Origin: Planctomycetaceae bacterium
Lineage (GTDB): Bacteria; Planctomycetota; Planctomycetia; Planctomycetales; Planctomycetaceae
Assembly: GCA_013813775.1 (NCBI GenBank)
Contig: JACCRE010000081.1
Span: forward strand, 1 to 27,791
Direction: 5' to 3'
DNA: 27,791 bases
Shown: one piece after another, positions 24,853 through 27,791 of the stretch
How positions within the stretch are numbered: the first letter of the stretch is position 1
How the letters are laid out: each line of letters starts with the position of its first letter
Notes under the pieces: generated by a model
The model's database searches: none
What the model saw: the letters and a program-made list of their open reading frames with translations, nothing else
What the model was told of the DNA's origin: nothing
Made by a program: the position numbers and the translations under genes

Positions 24853-25452
24853 ATGGTGACCGCCGTGCTCAAGCGGCCGACGCTCGTGCTCAACCGGAAC
24901 TGGCAGCCGATCGGCGTCGCCAGCGTTTCGCGTTCGCTGGTGATGGTTTGGAACGACACCGCGCGGATCGTCGATCCGACCGACTACGCGCTTTACACCT
25001 GGGAAGACTGGTCGCGGCTCAAGCCGGCCGACGGCGAGCCGGTGATTCGCACGGTGCAGTTCGAGATGCGCGTGCCCGAGGTCATTTCGCTCACGCGGTA
25101 CGACCGGTTTCATCGCAGGACGGTGCCGTTCACACGACGGAACCTGTTCCGCCGCGACCGGTTCATGTGCCAGTACTGCGGGGCGAGCCCAGGCGGCAAC
25201 GAACTTACGATCGACCATGTCGTGCCTCGCTCTCGCGGCGGAAACACGAACTGGGACAACTGCGTGCTCGCCTGCGTGCGCTGCAATCATCGGAAGGCAA
25301 ACCGCACGCCGTCCGAGGCCCATATGGCGATCCGGAAGCACCCGGAGCAGCCGCAATGGAACCCAGTCTACGCCGCGCGGAACATCAAAGTCGAAAGCTG
25401 GGAACGCTTTCTCAGCGAGGCGTATTGGAACATCCAGCTCGAAGACGATTGA
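24853..25452 (+). CDS. HNH endonuclease (McrA-like small HNH nuclease)
   Basis: CQYCGASPGGNELTIDHVVPRSRGGNTNWDNCVLACVRCNHRKANRTP contains the Cys4 zinc knuckle plus H-N-H catalytic residues. The start is taken at MVTAVLKRPTLVLNRNW (24853). The upstream part of the listed ORF is an Arg/Pro-rich leader, probably not coding. Confidence 0.75.
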   Translation: MVTAVLKRPTLVLNRNWQPIGVASVSRSLVMVWNDTARIVDPTDYALYTWEDWSRLKPADGEPVIRTVQFEMRVPEVISLTRYDRFHRRTVPFTRRNLFRRDRFMCQYCGASPGGNELTIDHVVPRSRGGNTNWDNCVLACVRCNHRKANRTPSEAHMAIRKHPEQPQWNPVYAARNIKVESWERFLSEAYWNIQLEDD

Positions 25453-25748
25453 AACACGCAATCATCGAGAGCGTCGAAGCCCACCGGCCACAACCGGTGG
25501 GCCTCTTTCGATGAGGCGTACCGCATCGCCCGCGCGACGGTCGAGGGGGTGCGGGTTGGGTGGCATGCCTTCGCCAAGGGCGTAGGCATGTTCCGCGATC
25601 ACATGCTTACGGCCATTCGGCCGAAAGCATGCCACCCATCAATTGAGCCGAGTGTGCGTAACAGTCGATGGCGTGCGGCGTACTTGTTCAGGCTGCTTTG
25701 AGGCGGTGTGGGCCGGTCGTTTCCTGTCCTGTTTAAGGGGCACTTGCG

Positions 25749-26132
25749 ATGTCGTTCGAAATCAATGTCGTGCGCGGTCGCTCGAAAGGCCGCCTGACGT
25801 TTTCCCACGGCGACATCAGTGTGGATACCGACTGCTGGTGGGATCCCAAAGTCGTGGCCGTCGCCGGAACTTACACCGGCTACGCGACGCACATGGCGAA
25901 CAAGAAAAACAGCCGGGGCACCAAACGCGAAGCCATCTGGTTCGGCAAAGCGGTGCCGATCGCCCGTCGCACGCGCAAGTCCAACGACATCTTCATCCAC
26001 ATGGGCACGAGCGCCGGCTGGTCCGACGGCTGCATCGTCGCCGCTGAGGATCAAGTGCTGAAAATCTGGAACACGATCTCGCCGAAAGAACAGGCAAACG
26101 TCACGATCGTGATTGAAGATAAGGAGAGTTGA
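25749..26132 (+). CDS. Small DUF2778/Tlde1-like protein with L,D-transpeptidase-type His/Cys motif
   Basis: NDIFIHMGTSAGWSDGCIVAAEDQVLKIWNTI fits the YkuD/DUF2778 catalytic signature (hHgG/T...G.S.GCI/V...). Upstream GTYTGY...R matches the substrate-binding G.Y motif of DUF2778. It is 127 aa with no signal peptide, and AAGGGG lies 8 nt before the ATG. Confidence 0.4.
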   Translation: MSFEINVVRGRSKGRLTFSHGDISVDTDCWWDPKVVAVAGTYTGYATHMANKKNSRGTKREAIWFGKAVPIARRTRKSNDIFIHMGTSAGWSDGCIVAAEDQVLKIWNTISPKEQANVTIVIEDKES

Positions 26133-26431
26133 AAAAGTGCTCACTGCTCGGCAGGAAGACCGGGGCGTTCTCGCGAGTTGATGGTCGAGCGACATCACGA
26201 CCGGGGCTAACGACTCCTAAGAACCGGCCCCGTCAGCCCCGGTTCCCCATGCGACTTCAACGCAGAAAGCGTTTCAGCACCGCAGCCACCCCGCCGCCGA
26301 ACGACACGCATCACTGGGCGGCGGGAGTTGACTCGGATTTCAAAAAACGGTGACCCGCCGCTCCGGTGCATGCGATGGTTAGGCGGCATACTCCCGGGGT
26401 AACGAAGACGTTCCCCAGCCACCCGCCGAGC

Positions 26432-27791
26432 CTACATTCCGGTCGTGACTTTCAGTCCATTCAGCAGTGCTCGACCAGACTTGGAATCGCCCTCGCCAGA
26501 CTTGGAATCCCCCTCAAAGGTAAAGTATATCGGGCTATCGGTAACCTGAAGCGACTCGTCCTCGATCCGGTTGCCCATGACGTCGTAGAAGGTCAGCCCC
26601 TTGGGGGCGGTTAGCGTCAGGGCCGGCCCCGCCCCGCCCCACAGGAAGCCGACAAACGCGTCACCCTTCTGGAAGATGTGGGCCTCCAGCCGCTCGTCCA
26701 GCGCCACGGGCCCGTGATACTTCGCCCCGTCCAGGAAGTGGCTGGCGATGGTCAACCCCACGCCGTTGACGCGCAGGCTGCCGTCATATTCGGTGAGCTC
26801 TTTCCCACCCACCCATGCGGTCGGCTGCGACGGGCTGGAGTTGGTGAAACGGGCGAAATAGTGGAACCATCGCTCCATTTGTCCCAGTGAGAGGCTTTGG
26901 AGATAGTTCTTGACGCTGTGCTTGGTGTAGGTGTGCAGGTCTTGGAGCTCCCGCTGCCGATACCCTTGCTGCTGAAGGGCCGCGAAGCCGGGGAGTGTGG
27001 TGAAGAAGGAATTGCAGGTCGGGCCGGTTTCGGTGTTCCAGCCGGGTTTCTGATACGTCGCGAGCATGTCGGCGTATTCCCGGAACGGCTTTTCATCATT
27101 GCCGTAGAAATGCACGGAAAGAATGTCCACGGCATCCGCGCCGGCGACCTTCATGGCCGCGTCATAGAACTCGCGATTGAACCCGCCGCCGGCCATGCCG
27201 ATCACCTTGGCCTGCGGATCGGCGCGCCGGATTGCCTCGGCAGTGACCTTGAGGACATGCCCATAGTGTTCGCCCCCTTGAGCCTTCTCACCCAGCTCGC
27301 TATTCGGTTCATTGAAGACCTCCCAGTGCTTCACCGAATCTTTGTAATGATCGACCGTAGCAAAGACGTAGTCCGCCCAGTGCTTGAAGAACTCATCTTG
27401 CTTGTCTTCTCTCCAGATGCCTGGGTCGCGCACCCCTCGCCCGCCGGTAAAGGGAAGAACATACGGCTGCATCCAAGGTTGATGTCGATAATAGGATCGC
27501 ATGTTGAACATCTGGAGCATCAACAGGATGTTGGCGTCGTCGGCGTTCTTGATCAGCTTGTCGAAGAACTGGTATTGGTCCTGCTCCGGCTCGACCGTGG
27601 ACCAGCGGACGATCTGCTTCTCAAGCACCCAGTTGAAGTTGGCACGCTTCAGAATGGCCAAGGCCTTGGGGTCGTGGAGGTGAGCATCGGTGCCGAGTGT
27701 GCCTTCTGGATACTTGCTGTTCAGGTGGAGATTAGGCGGCACGACGGAGTAGACCATCTCCGCCTGGGAATCCCCGGCCGTGAACAGGATG
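26432..27791 (-). CDS. Glycoside hydrolase, clan GH-A TIM-barrel (GH5/GH39/GH42-like); N-terminus may extend beyond window
   Basis: HWEVFNEPN is the acid/base Glu motif and GWNTETG the nucleophile Glu, typical of clan GH-A. The frame stays open to the window edge upstream of the Met at 27757. Confidence 0.6.
   Translation of the reverse strand, partial: ILFTAGDSQAEMVYSVVPPNLHLNSKYPEGTLGTDAHLHDPKALAILKRANFNWVLEKQIVRWSTVEPEQDQYQFFDKLIKNADDANILLMLQMFNMRSYYRHQPWMQPYVLPFTGGRGVRDPGIWREDKQDEFFKHWADYVFATVDHYKDSVKHWEVFNEPNSELGEKAQGGEHYGHVLKVTAEAIRRADPQAKVIGMAGGGFNREFYDAAMKVAGADAVDILSVHFYGNDEKPFREYADMLATYQKPGWNTETGPTCNSFFTTLPGFAALQQQGYRQRELQDLHTYTKHSVKNYLQSLSLGQMERWFHYFARFTNSSPSQPTAWVGGKELTEYDGSLRVNGVGLTIASHFLDGAKYHGPVALDERLEAHIFQKGDAFVGFLWGGAGPALTLTAPKGLTFYDVMGNRIEDESLQVTDSPIYFTFEGDSKSGEGDSKSGRALLNGLKVTTGM
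26475..26516 (-). repeat. 21-bp in-frame tandem duplication (EGDSKSG x2) near C-terminus of the glycoside hydrolase
   Basis: ccagacttggaatcgccctcg / ccagacttggaatccccctca, 18/21 identical. It encodes FEGDSKSGEGDSKSG. Confidence 0.8.

Noticed and set aside
24559-25461. 300-aa minus-strand ORF overlapping the HNH gene, and 25599..26198 minus-strand ORF overlapping the DUF2778-like gene
   Set aside because: The plus-strand products carry recognisable catalytic motifs (HNH zinc knuckle, H...SxGC). The minus-strand translations are Arg/Pro-rich without motifs.
1-27791. CRISPR arrays, rRNA, tRNA
   Set aside because: There are no regularly spaced repeats with 3 or more copies and unique spacers. 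The only tandem repeats are 2-3 copies with no spacers. No tRNA-like cloverleaf candidates were convincing in the intergenic regions by eye (8412-8994, 11620-12520, 20666-20818, 24341-24852, 26133-26431). A tRNAscan run would be needed to be certain.

Overview
This is a high-GC (about 62-65%) bacterial chromosomal segment whose gene content looks Planctomycetes-like (DUF1573 lipoprotein, sulfatase remnant, flotillin, many signal-peptide proteins, weak or absent SD sequences). No rRNA, tRNA or CRISPR array was seen. Left to right: (1) The 3' part of an ISAs1-family IS (H-repeat/YhhI-like transposase starting at nt 3). The transposase is broken by a 32-bp tandem repeat expansion (three copies of ATGGGCTGCCAG) that shifts the frame. 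(2) An 852-aa fusion of a GT-C (ArnT/PMT-like) membrane glycosyltransferase with a class-I glutamine-amidotransferase-like domain. (3) On the minus strand, a DUF1573 lipoprotein gene overlaps the start of a tandemly duplicated two-gene cassette: a small 8-Cys secreted protein ending in CPTDEG, then a ~340-aa periplasmic protein with a C-terminal motif + TM helix + WWRRR tail. The two cassette copies differ in GC, but their last ~270 bp are near-identical (gene-conversion tract). (4) A patchwork region with a DUF3150-like protein, a DUF4339 membrane protein, an XRE-family HTH regulator with a perfect 9-bp inverted-repeat operator, an AT-rich patch and a 5' remnant of a sulfatase gene. (5) An operon nfeD/yqiJ-like -> flotillin (SPFH, 677 aa) -> giant 1792-aa protein whose only recognisable part is a C-proximal AAA+ (AAA_5/MoxR/McrB-like) ATPase domain, with a 15-bp-stem hairpin between flotillin and the giant gene. 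This is the best candidate for an undescribed system in the window. (6) A convergent AsmA/TamB-like 1173-aa envelope protein. (7) An HNH endonuclease, a small DUF2778/Tlde1-like (L,D-transpeptidase-fold) protein, and a partial clan GH-A glycoside hydrolase at the right edge. All calls are from reading the ORF translations and DNA by eye. No database search was run.
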